64,000 nt of DNA from an uncultured Patescibacteria group bacterium (GTDB taxonomy: Bacteria; Patescibacteriota; Microgenomatia; UBA10105; UBA927). Under the pieces are notes generated by a model. The model did no database searches. It was given only the letters and a program-made list of their open reading frames with translations, and was not told where the DNA came from. Of this stretch, positions 1 through 9,292 are shown one piece after another; within the stretch, counting starts at the first letter, position 1; every line of letters starts with the position of its first letter. The stretch lies in NCBI GenBank assembly GCA_937921305.1, contig CAKZSU010000007.1, forward strand, positions 45,330 through 109,329, in the 5' to 3' direction. The position numbers were made by a program, and so were the translations under genes.

Positions 1-311
1 AAAATGAATGGCTCGCGACGAATTGACGCGGTAACCCACCGCCAAGATCACATCCAAACTGTAAAATTCTACTGGTTTATCGGAATTTGGAATGTGCATT
101 TTTTGCACATTGCTTTTTTCATCAACCTCTTTATCTGTAAATATTTTATTGATGTGTTTGGTGATAACTGATCGTTCTTTGCCAAAAAGTAAAACTATTT
201 CATTTTGACGAAGCCATACAGATTCATTTTCAAATCGCACCTTTGGCTCTACCTCGTTTTGGGTTGTTTTATAGAGGACAATTTTTCCTTTTTGAAAATC
301 TTTTTTGTCAT
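1..311 (-). pseudogene. RhuM-family protein, partial and frameshifted. The C-terminus runs off the window edge. A 1-nt loss in the A6 run just after the ATG (plus-strand T-run 301-306) shifts the frame.
   Basis: The minus-strand translation gives KGKIVLYKTTQNEVEPKVRFENESVWLRQNEIVLLFGKERSVITKHINKIFTDKEVDEKSNVQKMHIPNSDKPVEFYSLDVILAVGYRVNSSRAIHF. This matches the RhuM signature (KMHI.NSDKPV.FY.LDVII.VGYRV.S). The ATG at 309-311 sits in a different frame from the conserved part. Confidence 0.6.
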
Positions 312-313
312 AA

Positions 314-2363
314 TTAACGCCAAAAACTTAAACCTTCTTGTTTTGCCCATTCAATAAACTTTTCGGCGATGCCGTCTGGCAGTTCGCCGTCGTGGTTGTG
401 CAGGTCGTGGTCAATAATAAGATGCCCGTTTTTGTCGAGCTTTGGCTTGCCATCGCCGTTTTTGACATAAACATATTCGCCAGAATTATCCTTGCCTGAT
501 TTTTCCGACACCGCAAAGAAAATGGGGTAATCGTCAACCTTTGGGCATAGAGGACCAGCCTTTGGGTCGTCATTCCATTTTTGGAGAAACAAAACGCTGG
601 TTTTGGTTCCTGTATGCGGTTTGAATGGTTTACATGAAGCCCGACTACCGCAAGGATTCTTGCTCTTTCGGCAATGTATTCGCGAATGGCTTTATCCGAT
701 GTATTGTTAAACCTGCCTTGTGGGAGCACTATTGCCATTCTTCCGCCCGGCTTCAAGAAATTGAGGTTTCTTTCAATAAACAAAATATCGCGTCCAACTT
801 TTGACTTTGGCTTGTTCTTTTCGTTGTAGCCAAGATCGTATTTGTGGATGATGCGTGATTCTTTGATATCTCCGGCAAAGGGCGGATTGGCCATCAGAAT
901 ATCAAAATTAAATTCTTTGTAAGAGTTGGGATCTTTTCGCAAGGCTTCAAGCCTTCTGAGTCCCGCTCCGTACACGTCATACCAGTTGCGATTTTGGATT
1001 GATTCATTCCAGCGGTCATAATCAAGGTTGTTGAGGTGCAAAACATTGGTGTTACCATCTCCGGCGATCAAGTTTAAAGTACGAGCCACACGCACCACCT
1101 TTTCGTCAAAATCAATACCAAACACTTTAAGCACATTTTCTTTTTCTTCTTCGGGAATTTCTGTATTAGAAAACAAATGCCCGGTAATTTTAAAGATTGT
1201 ATGTACTGGAAATCCGCAAGAACCAGCGGCGGTGTCCACCATATATTCACCGGGCTTTGGATTGAGCATCTTAACGCACATATCAATCACATGACGGGGC
1301 GTGAAATATTGTCCTTTTTCGCCTTTTGACGACTTATTAACCAAATATTCAAAAGCCTCATCTATGATTTGCAGATTGGAATTGAAAAGTTTGATATCCT
1401 GCAAACTGGAAACACTGACGGAAAGATGAGAAGGACTAAGCCCGATTTGGCTTGCTTCGTCAAACACGCCCGGCCACTTGGCTTTGGCTTCGTCAAAAAG
1501 TTTTTGGATTTTCTTTTTGAGTTCGCTTTCGGACTGCCCGGTGTTTCTAAACTCCAAAACTCTGAAACTGGAATCGTCCAGTTTTTCTAAAACTTCTTTG
1601 ACTTTTTCATAATCACCGCGGTCTTCTTTGGTGAGTTTATCTTCAAGATAAATCTCTATCCGCATCTTGTCTTTTTTTGCTCTGCAATTCATCGTACAGT
1701 TTGGTAAAAATCAGCTTAAAAACTTCTTCAAAGACATCCACGCCCGCATTTGCCAAAACCTCGTCTTCCATTTCCTGAATAATAGTTTTGAGCGATTTGC
1801 CTTCGTTGGGGATTTTGTCTTTGATGATTAAGTCTTTGAGCGTAAATCGTTCTTTCAAAATATCTTCAAGCGTTTGGTCGGCTTTGGGAATGTCGGTAAT
1901 GTCTTCAAAATAATTCGGGTCTTTGCGATTGTAATGCAAAATTTGCCCACCGTTGGTCCAAACGGCAATCGGCGCGCCAGTGGCGTTGGTGTATGATCGG
2001 AGCTGGTTTTTCCCATCTTGGAGGCGAGGCTTTTTGATTTCAACGATGATGTATTCAACCGTCGGGCGGTCTTTATCAAAAACCACAATGTCGGCGGATT
2101 TTACCTCACGGCCAAAATGGATTGGGTGTTCAAATTTGATTCTTTGTTTTGGATAGCCGTAATCTTCAAAGCAGTTTCATCGCGTAGAGCTGGCGAACGA
2201 CTTCTTCCGGCTTCAAAACAATTTCTTTATCACGAATAACGCAAACAACATACGGCTTACCGTCTTTGAGCGTGATTTTGCTTTCGAGTTCATCAACCAG
2301 CTTTTGATCAAAGATTGAAAGGCTGTAATTTGAATCTTTGATAATGTTTAAAATATTTTTCAT
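314..2363 (-). pseudogene. Fused restriction-modification enzyme: an N-terminal PD-(D/E)xK endonuclease domain (HsdR_N/Mrr-like) joined to a gamma-class N6-adenine DNA methyltransferase, type IIG-like. It is broken by three 1-nt homopolymer frameshifts near 2163-2166, 1652-1658 and 626-629.
   Basis: Three ORFs (2166..2363, 1643..2086, 328..1692) plus the 314..592 piece join in silico into one protein: ...VVRQLYAMKLL|EDYGYPKQRIKFEHPIHFGREVKSADIVVFDKDRPTVEYIIVEIKKP... Motif I DTAAGSCGF, motif IV NPPF (LMANPPFAGD) and the FTPRHVIDMCVKML block are all present. The C-terminal motif TGTKTSVLFLQKWNDD lies in the frame of the 314..592 ORF. Confidence 0.7.
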
Positions 2364-2368
2364 AAAGT

Positions 2369-3282
2369 TTATTTATTCAAATCATAACTTTGTTTGATAA
2401 GCGCAAAGACGGCATCCAGATTTTCTTCACTTTCTAATTTTACCTCATAGTCGCCATTGCCCCAGTGTCCGATTGGTTTCGATTTTGTCAGGTCGCGCGC
2501 CAAAGTTTGCGGATCATTAAGTTGTCCGCTTTTTACATTTAAAAAAATTTAAAACCCATAATGCTTTATAACAATATCAGTAAAATTGGTTGATGTTTTA
2601 TAGGCAATATATTTGGCTTTCGCTTCCTCAATTATATTTTCATCAAGTGATAATATTTTCTCCCGCAAAGCTTGGAATAGGTCGATAGTTTGCTTGTCAA
2701 TTCTGACAAGGTGATCATCAATAGAATATGTTTTTTTGTAACGCTTTCATTTTTTATTTGCCTTGCTTTGCTTTTCTAACTATGCCCGATGTAGAAATTC
2801 TAACTTTTTGATAATTCTCTGGCTCAACATACAAGATATTTTCGTCGTAAATACGATAATGCAAAACTCAACATTGATCGGCAGAATATCTGCCGTATCG
2901 AGGTCAAATTTATTGTAGCTTTCGGGAATGCAGATGACACGAGGCGAGTCCCAATCAATTTCAATATCTACTTTTTTGTTTTGGTACAGAATTTCAAAAT
3001 CGGCTTTGTGGTCAAGAAGCCACCGCAAATATGAAAGTCCTTGATTGATAACATTATCGTTTTGGTTTTTCTTGTACTCAATAATGCAGGGCGATCCGTT
3101 TTTATCTATGCCAAGCGTGTCAATTCTGCCGCCAAAACTGGTTGAGTATTCATGAGCAAAAAAACGATATTCAAAATTTCTTTCAAATTGACTTCAAAAA
3201 GTTCTTGAAGATTGCGCTCTAAATCGAAATCGCGGGCAACTAACTTTTTGACTGCTGAATTGTTGATTTTGAATAGTGCCAC
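2369..3282 (-). pseudogene. DUF91 (NucS-like PD-(D/E)xK endonuclease) plus DUF5655 C-terminal domain protein. Frameshifted and stop-interrupted.
   Basis: The minus-strand translation has a GTG start right after the XRE stop. It reads ...LERNLQELFEVNLKEILNIVF[frameshift]LAHEYSTSFGGRIDTLGIDKNGSPCIIEYKKNQNDNVINQGLSYLRWLLDHKADFEILYQNKKVDIEIDWDSPRVICIPESYNKFDLD... and then ...IDKQTIDLFQALREKILSLDENIIEEAKAKYIAYKTSTNFTDIVIKHYGF*...GHWGNGDYEVKLESEENLDAVFALIKQSYDLNK. Confidence 0.55.
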
Positions 3283-3286
3283 AGTT

Positions 3287-3508
3287 TTATTTCACTAAAT
3301 CATCTAAAGAAATGCCAAGACCATCGGCGATTTTTGTTATCGTTTGCAAAGATGGATTTTGAATGACATCGCTCTCAATTTTAGCCAAAGTTGTATAGGG
3401 AATATCCGCCTTTTTAGCTAAAGCGTCTTGCGTAATGTCCTTCTTTTTACGCCATGCTTTGATTTTCTGCCCTATTGTTTTGACTTGATTCATTTTCTTT
3501 TCTTCCAT
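3287..3508 (-). CDS. XRE-family helix-turn-helix transcriptional regulator (Cro/CI type)
   Basis: The 73-aa product contains IGQKIKAWRKKKDITQDALAKKADIPYTTLAKIESDVIQNPSLQTITKIADGLGISLDDL, a classic HTH_3 motif. Confidence 0.8.
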   Translation of the reverse strand: MEEKKMNQVKTIGQKIKAWRKKKDITQDALAKKADIPYTTLAKIESDVIQNPSLQTITKIADGLGISLDDLVK

Positions 3509-3620
3509 ATAATGTTAGTATAAAGATATTGGCATTTAACAATCATCAATGCTATTGATAACAAATAAAATGAAAACAGTCCAATTAAAAATAAGGGAAG
3601 CCCACTTTTGGCCCAAAATG

Positions 3621-3850
3621 AAGTTCGAGCCGATATTTTTTCAGGTTCTTTGGCAGTTTTTCAATCCGAAAGGGTCGCTTCTGCGGGCGGAAGGGAGGAT
3701 CTGGGGAGAATTCCGCCCGCCCTACAAATTTTGGGCGAAATCAGTTCGATTTTTTTCGAACGTACACCGCCAGTTAGGAAATGTCTTTGTTGGCTCGCCC
3801 TCTGCGAGGGCTCGCCAGCCGATTTTAAGCGCAAATTCGAATTTTTTATC
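3621..3850. repeat. Left copy of an imperfect inverted repeat. A 21-nt block at 3621-3641 and an approximately 80-nt block at 3766-3845 (about 88% identical) pair with 5250-5362 in reverse orientation. The segment TTCGAACGTACACCGCCA resembles the tRNA-Ser(UGA) T-loop-to-CCA end.
   Basis: Direct comparison: 3781-3850 reads atgtctttgttggctcgccctctgcgagggctcgccagccgattttaagcgcaaattcgaattttttatc. The reverse complement of 5281-5350 reads atgtctttgttggttcgccctctgcgagggctcgccagtcgattttaaagcggaaatttaattttttgtc. Confidence 0.6.
3683..3720. repeat. GC-rich perfect 10-bp inverted repeat (GCGGGCGGAA ... TTCCGCCCGC) with an 18-nt spacer, inside an approximately 130-nt insertion relative to the right repeat copy.
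   Basis: Seen directly in the sequence; hairpin-forming. Confidence 0.5.
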
Positions 3851-3917
3851 TTTGCCCCGGAGGGGCTGGCCAAAGCGGGCTTCCCGAATTTTCATTTTTA
3901 ATTTTTAAGGAGTAACT

Positions 3918-5358
3918 ATGAAGTATTTTATCTACACTCGAAAATCAACGGACAGCGAAGAAAGACAGGTTTTAAGTATTGAAGCTTAGCTTACTGAGCT
4001 AAAAGAATTTGCCGCCAAAGAAAGACTTGAAATCGTCGCCTCGCTTTGCGAGGCAAAAACTGCTAAAGAACCTGGCCGAAAAATTTTCGGCGAAATGCTT
4101 GCTCGGATTGAAAGGGACGAAGCCCAAGGAATTTTGGCTTGGCATCCGGACAGACTGGCTAGAAATTCAATAGACGGGGGCAAAATCATTTATTTGCTGG
4201 ACACAGAAAAAATCAAGGATTTAAAATTTCCGACTTTTTGGTTTGAGAATACGCCACAGGGGAAGTTTATGCTTTCAATCGCCTTTGGGTAAAGCAAATA
4301 CTATGTTGATAATCTTTCAGAAAACATAAAGCGGGGACATCGCCAAAAACTGCGAAAAGGAATTTGGCCCGGCTTCGCGCCTCTTTGCTATCTTAACAAT
4401 CATCGGACTAAAGAAATTGATTTAGACAAAGAAAAAGCGCTATTTATCAAAAAAGCATTTGAACTTTATGTCATCGGCGACTACACATTAAAGCAATAAA
4501 GCAGTTTTTGGCGGACAGTGGGATAACAAGTTATAGAAAAAACCGCTTTCTGTTTCCTGTGTCCAGCGAATGCTTAAAAAGCATTTCTACTATGGAGTAT
4601 TTAAGTTTAACAACGAATTTTATCAAGGAACTCACGAGCCAATTATTTCAAAGAAACTTTTTGATTCTGTTCAACAAGTCATGAATAGCCGAGGCAAGAA
4701 AAAGAGAAAACGGAAATACGAATTCGCTTTTTCCGGACTTATGCGTTGCAGAAATTGCGGCTGTATGATAACTGCAGAAAAACAAAAAGGCCATAACTAC
4801 TACCGATGCACCAAGAAAAAAGAAAGATGCGATGAGAAGTATTTAAGAGAGGAAAATCTTATTGAACAGATGAAAAATTTTATTCAAAAAGTTTCTGTGC
4901 CGGATAAATGGGCTAAAAATGCTCGCCGAGTTAGATAAAGAAAAAGAGCAAGCCAAGAGAAAAAGCGAAAATTTTGTTCAAAATCTCCGTCAACAAAAAG
5001 CGGAGGGTCGAGCGGAAAATTGAAAAATTGTTAGATCTTTATATTTCCGGCGGGAGATTTGACGCTTGAAGAATACCAAGCCAAGAAACAAAAACTGCTC
5101 AACGAAAAACTGGATATTGAACAAAGATTAAGAGATTTTGAACAAATGGGAAATAATTGGCTCGAACCGTTGAAAGAAATGATTTTAACCAGTAGCCAAG
5201 CCAAAATTCTTTTTTCGCAAAGCGACAAAACGCAAATCCGAGCATTTCTAAAAAATATCGGCTCGAACTTTATTTTGAAAGACAAAAAATTAAATTTCCG
5301 CTTTAAAATCGACTGGCGAGCCCTCGCAGAGGGCGAACCAACAAAGACATTTCCTAAT
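3918..5358 (+). pseudogene. Large serine recombinase (resolvase/invertase N-terminal catalytic domain, recombinase domain, zinc ribbon and C-terminal coiled coil). It carries an in-frame TAG at 3987-3989, an in-frame TAA at 4290-4292, and at least four 1-nt frameshifts near 4495, 4568, 4940 and 5045. The 3' end runs into the tRNA.
   Basis: MKYFIYTRKSTDSEERQVLSIEA*LTELKEFAAKERLEIV...ILAWHPDRLARNSIDGGKIIYLLDTEKIKDLKFPTFWFENTPQGKFMLSIAFG*SKYYVDNLSENIKRGHRQKLRKGIWPGF... The Cys-rich block MRCRNCGCMITAEKQKGHNYYRCTKKKERCDEKY is present. The C-terminal coiled coil reads LDLYISG..TLEEYQAKKQKLLNEKLDIEQRL. The reading frame has to be pieced from three frames. Confidence 0.75.
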
Positions 5359-5362
5359 TGGC
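5250..5362. repeat. Right copy of the inverted repeat. It overlaps the 3' end of the recombinase coding region and abuts the CCA end of tRNA-Ser(UGA).
   Basis: See the left copy for the alignment. The 21-nt block at 5250-5270 equals the reverse complement of 3621-3641. Confidence 0.6.
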
Positions 5363-5448
5363 GGAGAGGGTGGGATTCGAACCCACGAAGAGCTTGCGCC
5401 CTTAGCGGTTTTCAAGACCGCCGCACTAGACCACTATGCGACCTCTCC
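5359..5448 (-). tRNA. tRNA-Ser(UGA), class II with long variable arm and CCA encoded
   Basis: GGAGAGG/CCTCTCC acceptor stem, anticodon stem GCGGU/ACCGC, loop CUUGAAA (anticodon UGA), long variable arm, T-arm GUGGGUUCGAAUCCCAC. Confidence 0.85.
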
Positions 5449-5520
5449 ATGTATTCTTTCAATTTTATCATAATGCTCGCAATTATTTTGTATTACTCAT
5501 GATATAATCAATTTGATATT

Positions 5521-5604
5521 GGAGAGTGGGCCGGACGGTAAGGCACAGGTTTGCTAAACCTGCGGGACTAACCTCCTGAATGGGTTCGACTCCCATACTC
5601 TCCG
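5521..5604 (+). tRNA. tRNA-Ser(GCU), class II
   Basis: Acceptor GGAGAGU/ACUCUCC, anticodon stem CAGGU/ACCUG with loop UUGCUAA (anticodon GCU), 17-nt variable arm, T-arm AUGGGUUCGACUCCCAU, discriminator G. Confidence 0.85.
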
Positions 5605-5609
5605 CAATT

Positions 5610-6314
5610 TTACCTCGCGATCGTTACTCCCCACACGGTCTTCACGCCACCTCGTTTAAGCGCTGTCGCCGCCTCTCTCATGGTTGCGCCAGTGGTAAAT
5701 ACATCGTCAACCAAAAGAACGGTTTCTGGAAGACGAGAACACCTTGTCACTTCAAATATTCCTTGAATATTATGCAACCGCTGCTTTTTCGTTTCCATCT
5801 CTACTTGGGGTTTACTATGTTGCGTCCTCTTCAAAAACGATTCATCGTAATGAAGATTAATTGAATTTGCGAGATACTTTCCAATCAGCGCCGCTTGATT
5901 AAATCCTCGGAATCGTTGCCGAAACGGATGCAAGGGAATTGGAACGACCGTTGCGTCTTTTAAGAACGCATCGCTTACAAAAACCGTTGAAACATCCGCA
6001 AGCGATATGAGATGTAACACCATATCAGACACGAAACTGTATTTAATCTGTTTTATAGCTTTCTGAACTACCCCTTTATATCGAAAAAAACTCATCAACC
6101 CGTCAATCGTATAGTTATTTTTGCACCGGTCATGCGTCGACCCATCAAAACTGTAATATTCGCAGACTGGGCAGATCGGATCAACAATCCGTTCAATAGT
6201 GTTTTGACAAGAAGAACAAATATACGACCCAATCCTTCCGCATCCAACGCAAAACTTTGGAAACAATATGTCAAATACGATACGCATACACGAACGATAT
6301 ATCGTATCCATCAT
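5610..6314 (-). CDS. comFC: ComF-family protein (double zinc ribbon plus phosphoribosyltransferase domain)
   Basis: N-terminal CVGCG...CSSCQ...CPVCE zinc-ribbon motifs and a C-terminal PRTase motif VLLVDDVFTTGATMREAA. Confidence 0.8.
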   Translation of the reverse strand: MMDTIYRSCMRIVFDILFPKFCVGCGRIGSYICSSCQNTIERIVDPICPVCEYYSFDGSTHDRCKNNYTIDGLMSFFRYKGVVQKAIKQIKYSFVSDMVLHLISLADVSTVFVSDAFLKDATVVPIPLHPFRQRFRGFNQAALIGKYLANSINLHYDESFLKRTQHSKPQVEMETKKQRLHNIQGIFEVTRCSRLPETVLLVDDVFTTGATMREAATALKRGGVKTVWGVTIAR

Positions 6315-6437
6315 CTATCGTTCTCAAGATAGTTTATAACACTATATAAAGTTGTTAAAACATGAAGAAAATACAAATACAAGTAAAGAAAAGAGGAATA
6401 ACAAAGACGCGCAAAATATGCGTAAAATTCATAAAAC

Positions 6438-6870
6438 TGGTGGAGATGCCGAGTAGCGAGCTCGGGTCCGAACGGGTATCTTTCCAACATCTACGCGTGT
6501 AGTCTATTTGCTTACTCTAACAATGAGAAAAAATAGACAAATACATTGTTAGAGGTTCGACTGAATAAGATACTCCGAGATCAACCAGTCATTTGATCTC
6601 TGACGCTTCGGCTAAGGTTTATCGCGCAGAAGAATTCACCGAAGCGAAATTCATTCCGCGCGCGTCGCCTTACGCCGCGTACGCGTACGCGTAGCGAGCT
6701 GCTCGGCGAGCGGCAAGTTGGGCTTCAAGTCTCTCGACTTCAGCTTCCAACTCGGTTAATGCTTCATCATCAGCATGTATTTTTTGATATAGTTCTTTTT
6801 CGACTGCTATACCAAAAGTCGACGCGCAGTTGTCAAGGTACCGATCATTCGTCGAATCGCATTCATCCCC
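6438..6870 (-). ncRNA. ssrA: tmRNA (SsrA), standard one-piece. The 5' end is GGGGAUGAAUGCGAUUCGACGAAUGAUCGG and the 3' end is a tRNA-like domain ...GGACCCGAGCUCGCUACUCGGCAUCUCCACCA. The predicted tag reading frame is about 6673-6774, resuming at GCU around nt 97, and gives ADDEALTELEAEVERLEAQLAARRAARYAYAYAA followed by a stop.
   Basis: The 5' end matches the tmRNA consensus (GGGGcUGAuUcuGGAUUCGACGgg). Acceptor stem GGGGAUG/CAUCUCC includes the G3:U70 wobble. A T-arm-like CCGAG-CUCGCUA-CUCGG is followed by an encoded ACCA. The gene lies immediately downstream of smpB. Confidence 0.8.
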
Positions 6871-6886
6871 ATAAAATAACACTTAA

Positions 6887-7330
6887 TTAGTGTACTTTTC
6901 CTCGAAATTGTCGTTCTAGCTCTCGTTTAAGATCTCTTTTTTTCAACAGTTCTCTTTTTTCGTACTGTTTTCTCCCTTTTGCAACGCCTATCTCAAGTTT
7001 TATTGTGTGTCCTGTAGTATACCAACGCAATGGAATAATCGTCAATCCTCCCGCGTCTATCTTTTGTTTTAATCGAAGGATCTCTTTTTTATGTAACAAC
7101 AACTTTCTCGTTCGTCGAGGATCATACTGTTCAAGGCGAGCAAACGAATATGGATAAATATGTGCGCCGACAAGGTACGCCTCGCTTCCGATGATTTTCA
7201 CAAACGCACCGTCTAGCTTCGCGTGACCGCCCCGAAGCGATTTCACCTCAGGACCAGACAACACGACGCCAACTTCAAGTTTTTCTTGAATATCATATGA
7301 TGATGTAGCGCTTTTATTCGAAATATCCAT
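6887..7330 (-). CDS. smpB: SsrA-binding protein SmpB
   Basis: GPEVKSLRGGHAKLDGAFVKI...LVGAHIYPY...RTRKLLLHKKEI...IPLRWYTTGHTIKLEIGVAKGRK. The start is most likely MDISNKS. Confidence 0.9.
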   Translation of the reverse strand: MDISNKSATSSYDIQEKLEVGVVLSGPEVKSLRGGHAKLDGAFVKIIGSEAYLVGAHIYPYSFARLEQYDPRRTRKLLLHKKEILRLKQKIDAGGLTIIPLRWYTTGHTIKLEIGVAKGRKQYEKRELLKKRDLKRELERQFRGKVH

Positions 7331-7331
7331 A

Positions 7332-9059
7332 TTACTGTGCATTAAACATATATATCTTCTGATTCGCAAGAAGATAGATCCGATTCATCGAAAACGAAAC
7401 ACCAAATGACGATGGCTCTATAGATGTTCCATACACATACTGCGCCTGGTACGCTCCTTGTTTTGAGAATAAGACAATCCGCGATCGATCAGGATCGAAT
7501 ATATATACCGTAGGATATTGCTCATGAACAGAGACATCAAGAATATTCCCCAATAGAGGATCGATGGAATGAACAATGAACGAATCGTCTCTTCCTTGCG
7601 TATAGCGAAAGATTTTTCCAATTGAACTGCCGATCCAAATCGAGCCATCGATACTCATCCCTCTTACGCTCAAAAGATTCGGCCGAACATCTTCCGCAAG
7701 GTAGGATTCTACTTGATCAAATCCCGACTGAGTTCCTTTGTATCGAAGAATGCTCCCCTTATCTTTCAGTACCCCATAGAGATTTCCGCCATACACAGAA
7801 AACGCGTCAAATGGTTGCTCTATAGACAACACCTTTTGAACATCAGTTTCTCCAACCTTTACTGTCTCGACTGTTGTATCTGTAACGATATACAACGTGT
7901 TTCCTGAAAATGACAAAAATCGTGTTGATGTATATGCCTCTCCACCAGCGACAATTGTCGCGTCTTTACTCACAAGCGATACCACAGCAACCATCCCGAC
8001 ATTCGTGTCCGCGAACGCCAACGCATTCTCTCCAACAGTAAAAAGCGACACCACGCGATCTGGCTGAAGAAACGACGCGTCATAAAAAAATTGGGGATCC
8101 ACAGGATATACTTTTGACACAATCCGAAGATTATCGCGAATCGATTGCTCCAACAACACAATTGTCTTTCCGTCTCTTCCTCTTGGCAACGCCGAACCAG
8201 TGTATGGAGCAATCCGCATCAACGCTTCCTGAAAGTATTCTTGACTTTTGATTGGCTGAAGATCCATGATCGCCGATCCTTTTTTAAACAATGCTTCGGC
8301 CTCTTGTATCGCAATCTTTCGATCGCGATATCTCGTATCGGCAAGTTGCTTCCTTATTCCAAGAATAACGCTCACACAAAAAAACATGATTAACGCAATA
8401 AGAATAATACGACGAAAAGAAAAGAATCGCTTTATCGTATCAATCTTTGCAGAAATCAAGAATCGGAAAGACTGCTTGCTTCGATCAACGACCCGTTGCT
8501 CATCCCGAGGAAGCATAAATTCTATGACGAGCGCAGCCGCTCCTTCCGCATCTTCTCCCTCTTGGACAAATCGTATAGACAAAGCTTCGGCAATCTCTTT
8601 GGGAGAAAGCACAGGCGAGAATAATCCGCGATCGTCCAATCGAATAACGGTTTTTGCGGTTTTTGAAAAAACAATAAGACAATCTTTATCTTTGATCGAT
8701 CCTTTCATAACACCCTCTTGTTCAAGAACTGTGGAAAGAATCCTGCCTCGTCGAAGCAATACCGTTCCTTCTCCAATCATCCAGAGCAAACACGAGGATT
8801 CTTGAATTGAACACAAAAGAAGACTTGCCACGAGATCTTTATTAATTGTTTTTTGAACGTCTGAAACTGATGGAAGACTGTCGGAAGATAAATACAACCG
8901 ATTGATTCGCGTTATTTCGCTTACCCCTTCTTCTTGCGCGTTGCCAACCGACGCTACTTCAATAACCCCAACAACGGACGCGAAGTCAATAATTTGTCCC
9001 CATCGACTGTTTCTGTGAGAAGAAGCAAGAGAAGGATAAATCCGATACGACGCGGGCAT
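7332..9059 (-). CDS. Hypothetical membrane-anchored protein. It has an N-terminal cytoplasmic domain with weak PP2C-like features, one transmembrane helix and a C-terminal beta-rich (propeller-like) domain. It may be a sensor.
   Basis: 575-aa ORF with a central hydrophobic segment IILIALIMFFCVSVILGI. No strong motif was recognised. Confidence 0.4.
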   Translation of the reverse strand: MPASYRIYPSLASSHRNSRWGQIIDFASVVGVIEVASVGNAQEEGVSEITRINRLYLSSDSLPSVSDVQKTINKDLVASLLLCSIQESSCLLWMIGEGTVLLRRGRILSTVLEQEGVMKGSIKDKDCLIVFSKTAKTVIRLDDRGLFSPVLSPKEIAEALSIRFVQEGEDAEGAAALVIEFMLPRDEQRVVDRSKQSFRFLISAKIDTIKRFFSFRRIILIALIMFFCVSVILGIRKQLADTRYRDRKIAIQEAEALFKKGSAIMDLQPIKSQEYFQEALMRIAPYTGSALPRGRDGKTIVLLEQSIRDNLRIVSKVYPVDPQFFYDASFLQPDRVVSLFTVGENALAFADTNVGMVAVVSLVSKDATIVAGGEAYTSTRFLSFSGNTLYIVTDTTVETVKVGETDVQKVLSIEQPFDAFSVYGGNLYGVLKDKGSILRYKGTQSGFDQVESYLAEDVRPNLLSVRGMSIDGSIWIGSSIGKIFRYTQGRDDSFIVHSIDPLLGNILDVSVHEQYPTVYIFDPDRSRIVLFSKQGAYQAQYVYGTSIEPSSFGVSFSMNRIYLLANQKIYMFNAQ

Positions 9060-9065
9060 GATATG

Positions 9066-9287
9066 CTATAGTATAACAAACGCGACGATCCATAATCCAA
9101 TCGCCGCGATAAGATGAATAGCCACTAATACCCGAAACACCGGCTCAAATGTCTCGTCAATCACTTTATCCATGAGATGCTCTTGACGAACCATAATCGC
9201 CGCAAAAATAACATATAAACCGATTCCCACAAGCGCCATAATTTTTACTCCTGCTTGGACAAGAATTGAAAGATTTGGAATATCCAT
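9066..9287 (-). CDS. Small two-transmembrane-helix membrane protein
   Basis: 73 aa with two hydrophobic helices. Confidence 0.4.
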   Translation of the reverse strand: MDIPNLSILVQAGVKIMALVGIGLYVIFAAIMVRQEHLMDKVIDETFEPVFRVLVAIHLIAAIGLWIVAFVIL

Positions 9288-9292
9288 AGGCG

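Noticed and set aside
5059-5864. ORFs 5059..5502 (+) and 5580..5864 (+) extending across the tRNA-Ser genes
   Set aside because: They read through tRNA sequence. The first is the tail of the recombinase pseudogene running on for lack of a stop, and the second is antisense to comF.
6670-6882. 70-aa ORF MLFYGDECD...RYAYAYAA
   Set aside because: It lies entirely inside the tmRNA. Only its last roughly 34 codons correspond to the tag reading frame, and it is not a protein gene.
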